Virus record (IMG/VR): IMGVR_UViG_3300030397_000879
Span: 1-26,837 of that record
Source: a virus
Lineage: Duplodnaviria; Caudoviricetes
Length of the DNA: 26,837 nucleotides
Reading direction: 5' to 3' (one strand)
Below, piece by piece: positions 17,884 through 25,524 of the stretch; the stretch's first letter is position 1, and every line of letters begins with the position of its first letter. The notes beneath the pieces were generated by a model, which saw nothing but the letters and a program-made list of their open reading frames with translations, was not told where the DNA came from and searched no databases. The position numbers and the translations under genes were made by a program.

Positions 17884-18381
17884 ATGGATGATGTAAAAGT
17901 GGCTTGGCAGGAGTTTTTGGCAACTATGCCTAAACCTGAACGGCGGTTTGTATTTGACTTGCTGGTGGTGATTTTTGCGTTTTTGGTTTTTGCCATTTTG
18001 GGGCAGCTTGTTCAGAATCGGATTGAACCTCAATTTTTTTATTCGCCTGATGCGATGCATGTACATGACTATTGCCCTGGGGATGATATGTTTACGGTGC
18101 AAGTTGTGGGCTATACGGATAATGGTCGGGCATTGACTGTGGTGTATAGTCAGATTGTGGGCAATGGGGTGCGATATGATTTCCCTGAACGTGTCGCGCA
18201 TAATGCCGGCAGTGGTGTACGGCAGGACTTTGATTTCCCTTTTCGGAGAAGTATAGACCCTGAGTTGTTGCCTGTTGGTGAATACAGGTATAACCACACA
18301 GCCACGAGTGTCACCCCTAAAGGGGAAACTTTGCAGGGGCCTGTGTCGTTGCCGTTTACGGTGGAGGATTGTGAGACGTAA
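17884..18381 (+). CDS. Single-pass membrane protein with extracytoplasmic beta domain
   Basis: Hydrophobic helix FVFDLLVVIFAFLVFAILG; two Cys bracket the soluble domain. Confidence 0.65.
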   Translation: MDDVKVAWQEFLATMPKPERRFVFDLLVVIFAFLVFAILGQLVQNRIEPQFFYSPDAMHVHDYCPGDDMFTVQVVGYTDNGRALTVVYSQIVGNGVRYDFPERVAHNAGSGVRQDFDFPFRRSIDPELLPVGEYRYNHTATSVTPKGETLQGPVSLPFTVEDCET

Positions 18382-18791
18382 TGGATGCTGTAATTGATTG
18401 GGGTGCGATTGCTCAGAATTTAGGCGGGTTTCTCTTTGCTGTTATCTTTTTGGGTTGGATTTTGGCGAGGCGTGAAGGGAAGATGACGGATTTGTGGACT
18501 GAGTTGTTTAAGCAGAATCATCAGTTGTTTCAAGACCAACAAGATAAGTTTGCAGCTGCTTTGGATAAGATTAGTAGCACTGTGCAAGCCCAGCAAGTGG
18601 AAACGGCTGATAAGTTACGTTTGATTGATGAAAATCGAGAGGGGATTCAGGCGAGTGTTAGTGCGTTGCAGACAATTCAGAAGGGGATTGACGAGATTAT
18701 TGGCTTTCATAAAATAGAGAGTCGCCTGAAGGAGTTGGAAGAGAAGGTTTCTAACTCTAAAACTAAGGGCACTAGAGGTGTTTATGATTAG
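18381..18791 (+). CDS. Holin-like protein (N-terminal TM helix + coiled coil)
   Basis: GGFLFAVIFLGWIL helix followed by a long coiled coil, a BhlA/UviB-like architecture. Confidence 0.55.
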   Translation: MDAVIDWGAIAQNLGGFLFAVIFLGWILARREGKMTDLWTELFKQNHQLFQDQQDKFAAALDKISSTVQAQQVETADKLRLIDENREGIQASVSALQTIQKGIDEIIGFHKIESRLKELEEKVSNSKTKGTRGVYD

Positions 18792-19077
18792 TGTGTTTGT
18801 GGCTTTTTTGAGTGGCATCGTGTCTCATCAGACGCATCATATTTTTAAGCAGATGCCGCAGGGGTATTGGGTGCGAAATGCGCGGTATATTGTGGGGATA
18901 CTTTCTTCTGTGCCGGCGTATTTGTTGATGAGAGAGGAGCAAAAGAAACGGGCGAGTGAGTCTGTTTTGGATAATTTGAGTTATTATATTTTACTTTTTG
19001 CTAGTGTTGGTTTTGGGGTACAGGTAGGGTATTTGCTTGACCATGTGTTGGGCAGGAATGGTATGACTGACAGGTGA
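18784..19077 (+). CDS. Small multi-pass membrane protein (possible holin)
   Basis: Three hydrophobic segments in ~97 aa; last gene before a terminator. Confidence 0.55.
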   Translation: MISVFVAFLSGIVSHQTHHIFKQMPQGYWVRNARYIVGILSSVPAYLLMREEQKKRASESVLDNLSYYILLFASVGFGVQVGYLLDHVLGRNGMTDR

Positions 19078-19116
19078 TGACTGGGCTATAATTTGTTTTC
19101 AAATATTTAACTTTCT

Positions 19117-19158
19117 GACACCCTTTGTATGGCTCTCCGTACAAGGGGTGTTTGCTTT
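19117..19158 (+). terminator. Intrinsic terminator ending the late operon
   Basis: GACACCCTTTGTATGG(19117-32)/CCGTACAAGGGGTGTT(19137-52) with G-U pairs, followed by TGCTTT. Confidence 0.7.
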
Positions 19159-19286
19159 ATGGAACAATGTTTCTATAGCGGGGGGGAGGGGTATTGGTGA
19201 TAATGGGGGGTACAAGCTCACCACTTGTTACATCTTGATTTGCCATATAGGCATACCAGCCCACAATTTCATATATAATTGTCGTT

Positions 19287-19361
19287 GAAGGCCCATTACG
19301 CTAAGGGAATCAGGTTACGAGTGGTGAGCTCCGCTGGTGTACCGACGCGTAATGGGCTTTC
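19287..19361 (+). ncRNA. Structured antisense-loop RNA 2
   Basis: Stem 19287-301/19347-361 has one G-U pair. Loop 19319-332 is the exact reverse complement of 19383-396 (SD GGAG up to the ATG) and complementary to 19215-231. Confidence 0.78.
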
Positions 19362-19396
19362 GCCGTCAGAAGTAACTTAAAAGGAGCTCACCACTC

Positions 19397-19774
19397 ATGT
19401 TACTATTACCCCCTTTTTCCCTCTGGATGAAGCGCGAACGTCGTAAGCTTTATCTGAATCGTTATCGTGCCAGGCAGCAGGGCTTGCCGGCTACCCTTGG
19501 TATTGCTGAATGGATGAAGATTTTGAAGGCACATAATTGGCTGTGTGTCTTTTGTGGTCGTCCGTATCAGAGCTTGGAGCATGTTATCCCGATCCATGAT
19601 GGTGGGGGCACAACGCCTGAGAATTGTGTGCCCAGTTGTATTGATTGCAACTATAAACGGAATCGGGTGGTGACGAATGCCCAAAATTTGGTGACGTTGA
19701 TGCAAAACAATGCCTATGTGGTGGATGACTATATCCAAGAGCTATTGGATGAATTAGCACCCTTTATCTCTTGA
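19397..19774 (+). CDS. HNH endonuclease, copy 2
   Basis: Same motifs as copy 1; differs by 5 internal substitutions plus the last few residues. Confidence 0.9.
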   Translation: MLLLPPFSLWMKRERRKLYLNRYRARQQGLPATLGIAEWMKILKAHNWLCVFCGRPYQSLEHVIPIHDGGGTTPENCVPSCIDCNYKRNRVVTNAQNLVTLMQNNAYVVDDYIQELLDELAPFIS

Positions 19775-19831
19775 TTGAATCAGTTGTGATTGTGTTGTGG
19801 TGTATTTTGTTGGGGAAAATGTTCGAGGGCA

Positions 19832-19861
19832 TTGACAAATCGTTCGGTTTTTTTATATAAT
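19832..19861 (+). promoter_or_regulatory. Consensus sigma70-type promoter
   Basis: TTGACA (19832-37)-N18-TATAAT (19856-61). Confidence 0.8.
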
Positions 19862-19973
19862 GTTTTTGCTCATTTTGTTACGGCTAGGGAAAAGTTTTAA
19901 CAAGGTTTACAAGTTTGTCTCCTTTTGTGCAGGATTTGAGTTTTTTGGTTTCATAAAGAAACAACCTCCTTGT

Positions 19974-20042
19974 AAAAAGCCGCTTGGCACTACAGCAACT
20001 TTTTCCCTAGTCGTTGTATGTGACAAGTGGCTTTTTTCTTTT
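19974..20042 (+). ncRNA. Structured antisense-loop / attenuator hairpin 3
   Basis: AAAAAGCCGCTTG(19974-86)/CAAGTGGCTTTTT(20024-36) with inner CAC/GTG and TACAGC/GTTGTA. The loop is complementary to 19880-19896. A U-tract follows. Confidence 0.65.
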
Positions 20043-20072
20043 AGGTAGGATTTGTAAAAAGGATGGTGTTAT

Positions 20073-20789
20073 ATGAGAAAGGAATGTCCCTATTGTGGAC
20101 GAGGTTTAGAGGTTGAGATGAGGTTGCGAGCGGTCAGTAGTGGTTCTGGGGTGGCTCCTGGGGTTTTTACAATGGGTGCCGGGATGATGAGTGGTGGGCC
20201 GCGTCGTGTGTTACGGAAACCTGTGTTGCCTTTGGGGGTGAATCATTTTGCTTTGGCAGGGATTGTGGGATTGGCCTGTAGTGTGGCTGTGGTGGTTGGG
20301 AGTACGTTTGTTTGTGCTGTAGATGGGTCTTTGTGTCTGAGTATGGGGCAAATGGTTCTGGGGGCAATTTTGGCGGGTGTTGGTGGTGGTGTGGGGACGT
20401 TGCGCTTTATTGATGGGGGTCGGTATGAGGTACGGGAGGAGCTGGGGACAGTGAAGGCTCAGCAGGTGGCTCCGATAAAGGTGGATGTGCCGGTGCAGCG
20501 GATTGAGTTGGCTGTGAAACGGTCGAATAGTGTGAATACACGCTGGTTTGATTTGCCCAGTGGTATTCAGGTGAAGCATTTGCGGAATGTGTCGCGGGTG
20601 TTGCAGCAAAATGATTGGCGGTATTCGCGTCCGTTGTTTGAAGATCGTAAGGCGTTGACACAAACGCAGTTTCGCAAGTTGACGGGGCTGCTGAAGGAAC
20701 AGGCGTTGGTACGGAAGGTGAAGAATAAGCATGTGGTGACTGAGGAGGGGCGTTTGTTTTTTCAGCGGTATTGGAGTTTGGTGTCGTGA
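20073..20789 (+). CDS. Membrane protein with N-terminal CxxC and C-terminal winged-helix-like domain
   Basis: CPYC, two hydrophobic segments, basic C-terminus ending ...LV.K....VTEEGR; SD AAGGA. Confidence 0.65.
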   Translation: MRKECPYCGRGLEVEMRLRAVSSGSGVAPGVFTMGAGMMSGGPRRVLRKPVLPLGVNHFALAGIVGLACSVAVVVGSTFVCAVDGSLCLSMGQMVLGAILAGVGGGVGTLRFIDGGRYEVREELGTVKAQQVAPIKVDVPVQRIELAVKRSNSVNTRWFDLPSGIQVKHLRNVSRVLQQNDWRYSRPLFEDRKALTQTQFRKLTGLLKEQALVRKVKNKHVVTEEGRLFFQRYWSLVS

Positions 20790-20838
20790 TTGGTCAGTTA
20801 TCAGTTGCTTTTTCTCTCAATGGTAGCTGTGGTGAGGT

Positions 20839-20955
20839 TGTAACCGATGGTGATGGTGCAAGGGCACCACAAGTTTATGTTGTCATAACCCCATATAAGC
20901 ATTTTTTTGATAACAAAACTTTATACACCATCGGTTACACACCCCATATATGGGG
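20839..20955 (+). other. Large branched inverted-repeat structure
   Basis: 14-bp perfect IR 20839-52/20926-39, side hairpin TGGTGC/GCACCA, inner stem 20871-85/20908-21, then palindrome CCCCATATATGGGG at 20942-55. Confidence 0.6.
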
Positions 20956-21032
20956 CATAATTGCGAATGTGTTTTTGTATATGGTGTTTTGTTGGTGTTT
21001 GTTGGACTTCTGGTGTATGGGGGAAAGTGTGT

Positions 21033-21248
21033 ATGAAAACGGTTGTTGAGGGTGGGGGGTATGCTCAGGGTGTCCATCCAACAGGACGTCCCCTATTGGA
21101 TTTGTATACATGGTCGTTTTTTGTTGGGGCGGCCTGTGGTAATTGTGTGAGGTATAAACAATGTCTGAAGGAAGAGTTGCCTATCGAGTCGAAGAGTCCA
21201 CCATGTCATCGCTGGATTGTGAAGCGGGAACTGGTGCGCTTGGGATGA
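21033..21248 (+). CDS. Hypothetical Cys-rich protein
   Basis: G-rich SD 21019-23, ATG 21033; CGNC..C..CH; ATGA coupling to the next ORF. Confidence 0.55.
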   Translation: MKTVVEGGGYAQGVHPTGRPLLDLYTWSFFVGAACGNCVRYKQCLKEELPIESKSPPCHRWIVKRELVRLG

Positions 21249-21427
21249 ATGATTGTGTGCGCTGTATGAGGTTAACTGAGTTGCTGGCGGAGTCGTTGGC
21301 TATTTTGATGGTGCCTATGGAGGAGATTCCAAAAATTGAGCATCATATTTATGGTGAGATAGCAAGGTTGCCGGCGTGTACGTGTCCAGCACAGGCGGTT
21401 GTGCCGGCAGAGGAGCGTCCATTCTAA
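21245..21427 (+). CDS. Hypothetical protein (CxxC/CxC)
   Basis: ATGA and TAATG overlaps on both sides. Confidence 0.6.
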   Translation: MNDCVRCMRLTELLAESLAILMVPMEEIPKIEHHIYGEIARLPACTCPAQAVVPAEERPF

Positions 21428-21555
21428 TGGGAGAGGTTGCTGAACTTATGGATGGTATTTGGTGGGAATTGTTCCCTGTTGTTTTTGGGCTTGGCCTGTT
21501 TGTGGCTTGGTTAATTGATAGAAGAAAGAATAATGGAACTGATAACAGCGATTAA
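21427..21555 (+). CDS. 42-aa single-TM peptide
   Basis: Hand translation MGEVAELMDGIWWELFPVVFGLGLFVAWLIDRRKNNGTDNSD; TAATG coupling. Confidence 0.55.
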   Translation: MGEVAELMDGIWWELFPVVFGLGLFVAWLIDRRKNNGTDNSD

Positions 21556-21799
21556 TCTTGCTTTGTTGTGTGTGAATTTTTTACTTGCTCTCTTACTGGG
21601 CTTTGCAGTTATTTATGCCTATCGCAACTTGAAGCCAATTTTGCAAATGATTCAACATTATCAGGAAGTTATGCTTGGTAAAGAAGTTCTGGTGGATCAG
21701 ATTGAACGATTCCATCTTATGGAAAGGTTGGCTGAGGCAGTTACGGTGCTGAGGGCTCAAATGGATTTAATGCGACGAAAGAATGGGGAGGACTCGTGA
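21533..21799 (+). CDS. Membrane-anchored coiled-coil protein
   Basis: N-terminal hydrophobic helix; TGATG coupling downstream. Confidence 0.6.
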   Translation: MELITAINLALLCVNFLLALLLGFAVIYAYRNLKPILQMIQHYQEVMLGKEVLVDQIERFHLMERLAEAVTVLRAQMDLMRRKNGEDS

Positions 21800-21966
21800 T
21801 GCTATATCAGGCTGAGCAATATATTAAAAAGGAGTGGATTATTGTGAATAGGGTGTCGAATAAGCCTTTAAGTGATAAGTATGGAATGATCATAGTTTAT
21901 AAGGAAGATATGGCTAAGGAGTTGGCTAGGGCTTTTAATGTGCCGGCTGGGGTGAAGGCGGAGTGA
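21799..21966 (+). CDS. 55-aa hypothetical protein
   Basis: SD GGGGAGG, ATG 21799, open to TGA 21966 (MLYQAEQYIKK...GVKAE). Confidence 0.55.
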   Translation: MLYQAEQYIKKEWIIVNRVSNKPLSDKYGMIIVYKEDMAKELARAFNVPAGVKAE

Positions 21967-21967
21967 C

Positions 21968-22564
21968 ATGAAACCAATATTATTCAGCCCAGAATTGGTA
22001 GTAGCTATTTGTAAAGGACAAAAAACTCAAACGAGGCGGGTAGTAAAAAAACAACCCACGTATGGAGTGTGGTCACATGGATGTGATTACTCAGGTTCTT
22101 TATCCCCTTTCATGGAAATGCATAGTAATGGTGGATGCACTTGTAACCCTATTAACTCACCATACGGTTATTCTGGTGATTTGATGTGGGTGCGTGAACG
22201 TTTTCGATATGAACACCAAGACCATTGTAAAGGGGGAAATTGTGGTTTGCCTGAATGCATTTATTATTATGCCCACATGGATAGGGAAATTGCTAATACT
22301 CTGAAATGGAGCCCATCCATCCACATGCCAAAATGGGCATCCCGTATATGGTTAGAAATAACAAATTTAACTATTCAAAGAGTACAAGAGATAACCGAGC
22401 AGGAAGCAATAAGAGAGGGAATGGTAAACGTGCCCGTTGGAACAGCAACATATAGCAATCGTCAGTCCTTTCAGGTTCTTTGGGACAAGATTAATAAAAA
22501 GCGTGGCTATTCCTGGGAGTCAAATCCTTGGGTGTGGGTTATTGACTTTAAATTAGTTGATTAG
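21968..22564 (+). CDS. ASCH/PUA-like phage protein
   Basis: MKPILFS...G.KTQTRR, GD.MWVRE, WSPSIHMPKWASRI.LEIT and W..NPWVWVI.F motifs. Confidence 0.85.
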   Translation: MKPILFSPELVVAICKGQKTQTRRVVKKQPTYGVWSHGCDYSGSLSPFMEMHSNGGCTCNPINSPYGYSGDLMWVRERFRYEHQDHCKGGNCGLPECIYYYAHMDREIANTLKWSPSIHMPKWASRIWLEITNLTIQRVQEITEQEAIREGMVNVPVGTATYSNRQSFQVLWDKINKKRGYSWESNPWVWVIDFKLVD

Positions 22565-22584
22565 TCAGGGATGAAGGTGGAGTG

Positions 22585-22716
22585 ATGAATGAGAAACACG
22601 ACGACAATACATATGCTTGTGCGAATTGTGATTGCCACTTGGAACACGATATTATCATTTGTGATGAGTGTTTGGAGGATGCGAAGTTTTTGAGAGTTAA
22701 GCATGGGTTGGAGTAA
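22585..22716 (+). CDS. 43-aa zinc-finger-like protein
   Basis: CANC ... CDEC; SD AAGGTGG. Confidence 0.55.
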   Translation: MNEKHDDNTYACANCDCHLEHDIIICDECLEDAKFLRVKHGLE

Positions 22717-22719
22717 AAC

Positions 22720-22920
22720 ATGATTTATGAAAAACCAGAATTAATAGAGTTTGGTCAGTATCATACCTGTTTATTTGTTGCTCAAAGACCATCATTTGCT
22801 CATTGGAAAAATGAGGTTTTTAGACGGCATCTTCTTGCTATAAATAAGTTATCTAAACAAAATAACTTACCTGAGTTACCTATACTCACGGAAGATATAA
22901 ACTTACTTGATCATTTTTAA
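22720..22920 (+). CDS. Hypothetical protein
   Basis: SD GGAG; 66-aa ORF in an operon-like run. Confidence 0.55.
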   Translation: MIYEKPELIEFGQYHTCLFVAQRPSFAHWKNEVFRRHLLAINKLSKQNNLPELPILTEDINLLDHF

Positions 22921-22962
22921 AGATGATATAAGTATCTTTAGTACAAGTAAGGAGTTTCAGAC

Positions 22963-23199
22963 ATGAAATTGAAAAAATCTTTGCAGTTAGATAGTAGCGA
23001 TAGATCGGGTTATCTGCATTGCCCGTACTGCAAGTCTGATGATGTTTACTATGCAGATAGTACATACGCGGAAATCTATTCGATTAGGTTAGGAATGGAT
23101 GGTGAGTATGCAATAACTTTGTGCCTTTGTGGTAACTGCAAAAAATTATTTGTAGATGATATTCCACACGATACATCTAATGTGGTTATAGTCGAGTAG
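22963..23199 (+). CDS. Zinc-ribbon protein
   Basis: SD AAGGAG; CPYC ... CGNC. Confidence 0.65.
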   Translation: MKLKKSLQLDSSDRSGYLHCPYCKSDDVYYADSTYAEIYSIRLGMDGEYAITLCLCGNCKKLFVDDIPHDTSNVVIVE

Positions 23200-23241
23200 G
23201 AAAATAACCATAATAGTTATTAGTTAAAGTAAGGAGTAACA

Positions 23242-23577
23242 ATGTACGGATACGCAGCTAGAAAAACATTCGATCAATTTAATTTGCGTGGTGAATATAC
23301 CACCCTAGAGAGTGCTAGACAGATGGCAATTGTCAAGTCAGAACAATACCCAAATGACCAAATTGTTGTTTACAATGATAGCCAAGACCTGATTTACTCT
23401 TTCATAGGTGGTCAGGTGCAAGAGCAATGTCCCGAATGTCTAGGGGCAATGGAAGTATGGACACAGGAAACAGACCCTTGGGGAGAACCCTACAGGGAAC
23501 CATGCCCTAACTGCGACGGTAAAGGCTACGTACTGTTTGATCCAGAAGATGAGTACAGCGTAGAGCGGTTGAGATAA
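23242..23577 (+). CDS. Protein with DnaJ-type zinc finger
   Basis: SD AAGGAG; CPECLG ... CPNCDGKG. Confidence 0.7.
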   Translation: MYGYAARKTFDQFNLRGEYTTLESARQMAIVKSEQYPNDQIVVYNDSQDLIYSFIGGQVQEQCPECLGAMEVWTQETDPWGEPYREPCPNCDGKGYVLFDPEDEYSVERLR

Positions 23578-23828
23578 TGGCTTGGATAACATTTAAGCAT
23601 AATGACGATTGGCTAGAATATGCTGGCCTAAAACTCCCCATTAGCGATGGGTGCTCGCTTTGTGATAACAAGGAAGTAGAGGCGGCTATTGTCATTTGGG
23701 ATGAAGTTGAAGGCGAACAGCGTACCATGCTGGCTTGCCCCGACTGCCTCAAAGGACTTGATAGCCAAGTAGCAAATAAAGATGCTGAACTGTCGGCTTC
23801 TTTAGGCGATGGAGAGATACCATTTTGA
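23577..23828 (+). CDS. Zinc-finger protein with acidic C-terminal GDGEIPF
   Basis: CSLC ... CPDC; TAATG coupling. Confidence 0.65.
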   Translation: MAWITFKHNDDWLEYAGLKLPISDGCSLCDNKEVEAAIVIWDEVEGEQRTMLACPDCLKGLDSQVANKDAELSASLGDGEIPF

Positions 23829-24106
23829 TAACTAATGAATTATGCCAGCACTGCCAAGAACTTGACCACTTAGAACAGTATGCCAACAAGCGGAATGAAC
23901 TAAATGATTTCAAGGATGGTCACGAGCGATTATCCTTCAATCAGCAGATAGATTTTGAGATAAGGCAATTATGGCCTCAGTGTATTTGTGGTGGGGAGAT
24001 TTACTTAGGCGGTCATTGGCTAGATTGCCCAGAATGCGGGGATGGATCGTGTGACGAGTGTAATAGTGATGGTGAAATTTTCATCGAACATAATGACATT
24101 AACTAA
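23825..24106 (+). CDS. Cys-rich zinc-finger protein
   Basis: CQHC, CIC, CPEC, CDEC; TTG start overlapping the upstream TGA; SD GGAG. Confidence 0.6.
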   Translation: MITNELCQHCQELDHLEQYANKRNELNDFKDGHERLSFNQQIDFEIRQLWPQCICGGEIYLGGHWLDCPECGDGSCDECNSDGEIFIEHNDIN

Positions 24107-24202
24107 AAACCTAGTCCAAGATAAATAACATTGTTCTTTTATCAATGATTTTCAATTAAAGAAACTTATAAAATAAACGACCTCATACTCTGGAAAACGA
24201 CA

Positions 24203-24736
24203 ATGAAAAAACTTTATTTATTCGATGTAGATGGAACACTAACAAAATTCTATGAAACTTTACTTTTGCCCAATGTAATCAAGTGGTTGGGCAACAATAA
24301 GCCGGAAGGTATCGCACTTGTATCTAATCAAGGTGGTGTTGGTCTTCAACATTGGATGGAGGCTGGTGGTTTCGGCGACCCAACTAATTATCCGTCTGTG
24401 CAAGATGTAGAAGACAGAATGAATGATATATGCAAATCCATAACGCGAACTTATGGCAAAGATTTTAGGGTGGAATGGTTTGCAGCTTATCGTTACAAAT
24501 CCAAGAAAAGCGGCAAGTGGTCGCCGATACCAGAGGGTGAACTAGACTCGCCGGAATGGTCAGAGGATTGGCGTAAACCAAATGACGGTATGTTGAAAGC
24601 GGCTTTATCTTCATTCGGAGTTTCACCCAATAATGCTGTAATGGTTGGTGATAGCGAGGAAGATATGCTGGCAGCACGTTCAGCAGGCATTGAGTTTCAT
24701 TGGCGTGATGACTTTTTTGGAGTAGAGCTAATATAA
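24203..24736 (+). CDS. HAD-superfamily IIIA phosphatase (GmhB / polynucleotide 3'-phosphatase-like)
   Basis: FDVDGTL (motif I), VSNQGGV (II), RKP..GM (III), MVGD...D (IV). Confidence 0.88.
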   Translation: MKKLYLFDVDGTLTKFYETLLLPNVIKWLGNNKPEGIALVSNQGGVGLQHWMEAGGFGDPTNYPSVQDVEDRMNDICKSITRTYGKDFRVEWFAAYRYKSKKSGKWSPIPEGELDSPEWSEDWRKPNDGMLKAALSSFGVSPNNAVMVGDSEEDMLAARSAGIEFHWRDDFFGVELI

Positions 24737-24829
24737 CACTTTCACTTTAACAACAAAATTCTGTGAGAGTTTTACAACCTATTCGATGCTAATTTTTTAA
24801 TATCAAAAACGACCGTTTCGGAGGTAACA

Positions 24830-25267
24830 ATGTTAGGCGTATTGCGGCATAATGGTATTGAGTTTGTTCCTTGGTTAATCGAAGAGAATCAATTACAAAA
24901 CAATGACGAGGTTGTAGAGCGGTACACAGGCACAAAAGAGCAATGCGAATCATCGTTCTTGCAAACATTTTACAAGCCAGCACCTAAAGACATTGCAAAA
25001 CTTGACAGGTTTAGTGGTTTCATCTCTACGGACGGCAAATTTTATTATGCTCATTTTGCAGACCACACAAGAACGGCTAGAGCAATAATGAAAACTTTGG
25101 GTGTTTCACCGTTCGAAGAATGGATAACCGTTAAACAAGGTAATGGAATTGTTTATATGTGGTTATTGCAAAGTGAACTGACACCAAAGCAGAAAAATAC
25201 TGTGATAGCCATAGAGGGAATCACTGGCAAACTAGTAGAAATATTTGAGAACTCACTACCGTTTTAA
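24830..25267 (+). CDS. Hypothetical protein
   Basis: SD GGAGGT; GFISTDGKFY...DH...A segment. Confidence 0.7.
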   Translation: MLGVLRHNGIEFVPWLIEENQLQNNDEVVERYTGTKEQCESSFLQTFYKPAPKDIAKLDRFSGFISTDGKFYYAHFADHTRTARAIMKTLGVSPFEEWITVKQGNGIVYMWLLQSELTPKQKNTVIAIEGITGKLVEIFENSLPF

Positions 25268-25281
25268 CCAAAAAGGCAGTC

Positions 25282-25524
25282 ATGGCACGACAAACTGAAC
25301 CAATTACACCAGAAAACTTAAAGAGGTTAGGCTTTCATCTAGAGGAAGCGCCATATTGGGGGCGAGTGCATGATGTTTACCACCACTTCGATAAAGACTT
25401 GTATATAAATTTTCTAAATACCGGCATTACTGCGGACTTTGGAGAATGCGAAAGATTTTTTTATGTTAATAATATGCGTGATATAAAAACGCTTTTAAAT
25501 AGCAAATTGCCGGAATTCAACTAA
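25282..25524 (+). CDS. Hypothetical phage protein
   Basis: PITPENLKRLGF start; SD AAGG. Confidence 0.65.
   Translation: MARQTEPITPENLKRLGFHLEEAPYWGRVHDVYHHFDKDLYINFLNTGITADFGECERFFYVNNMRDIKTLLNSKLPEFN

Larger units (their letters stand above)
19159..19780 (+). repeat. Long imperfect direct repeat, copy 2 (leader + HNH gene)
   Basis: Aligns with 209-~830; begins immediately after the late-operon terminator. Confidence 0.95.

Noticed and set aside
994-18818. Many long minus-strand ORFs (e.g. 994-1629, 12467-13678, 16155-17192)
   Set aside because: They are shadows of well-supported + strand genes. Their His/Gln/Pro/Thr-rich content reflects the G/T bias of the coding strand, and they show no motifs.
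447-19774. HNH copies as a DGR template/variable repeat pair, or as an IscB/TnpB-type RNA-guided nuclease
   Set aside because: There is no reverse transcriptase in the window, differences are not confined to adenines, and both ORFs are intact. The protein is only ~125 aa with no RuvC motifs, and the RNA loop targets its own RBS.
209-19780. The long repeat as phage terminal redundancy or attL/attR
   Set aside because: The copies differ systematically in their leaders, phage-like genes continue beyond copy 2, and no integrase or tRNA is adjacent.
19860-20048. 62-aa ORF over leader 3, and 102-aa ORF 26175-26483 over leader 4
   Set aside because: Both lack an SD and overlap promoters and hairpins; the regions are better explained as structured leaders.
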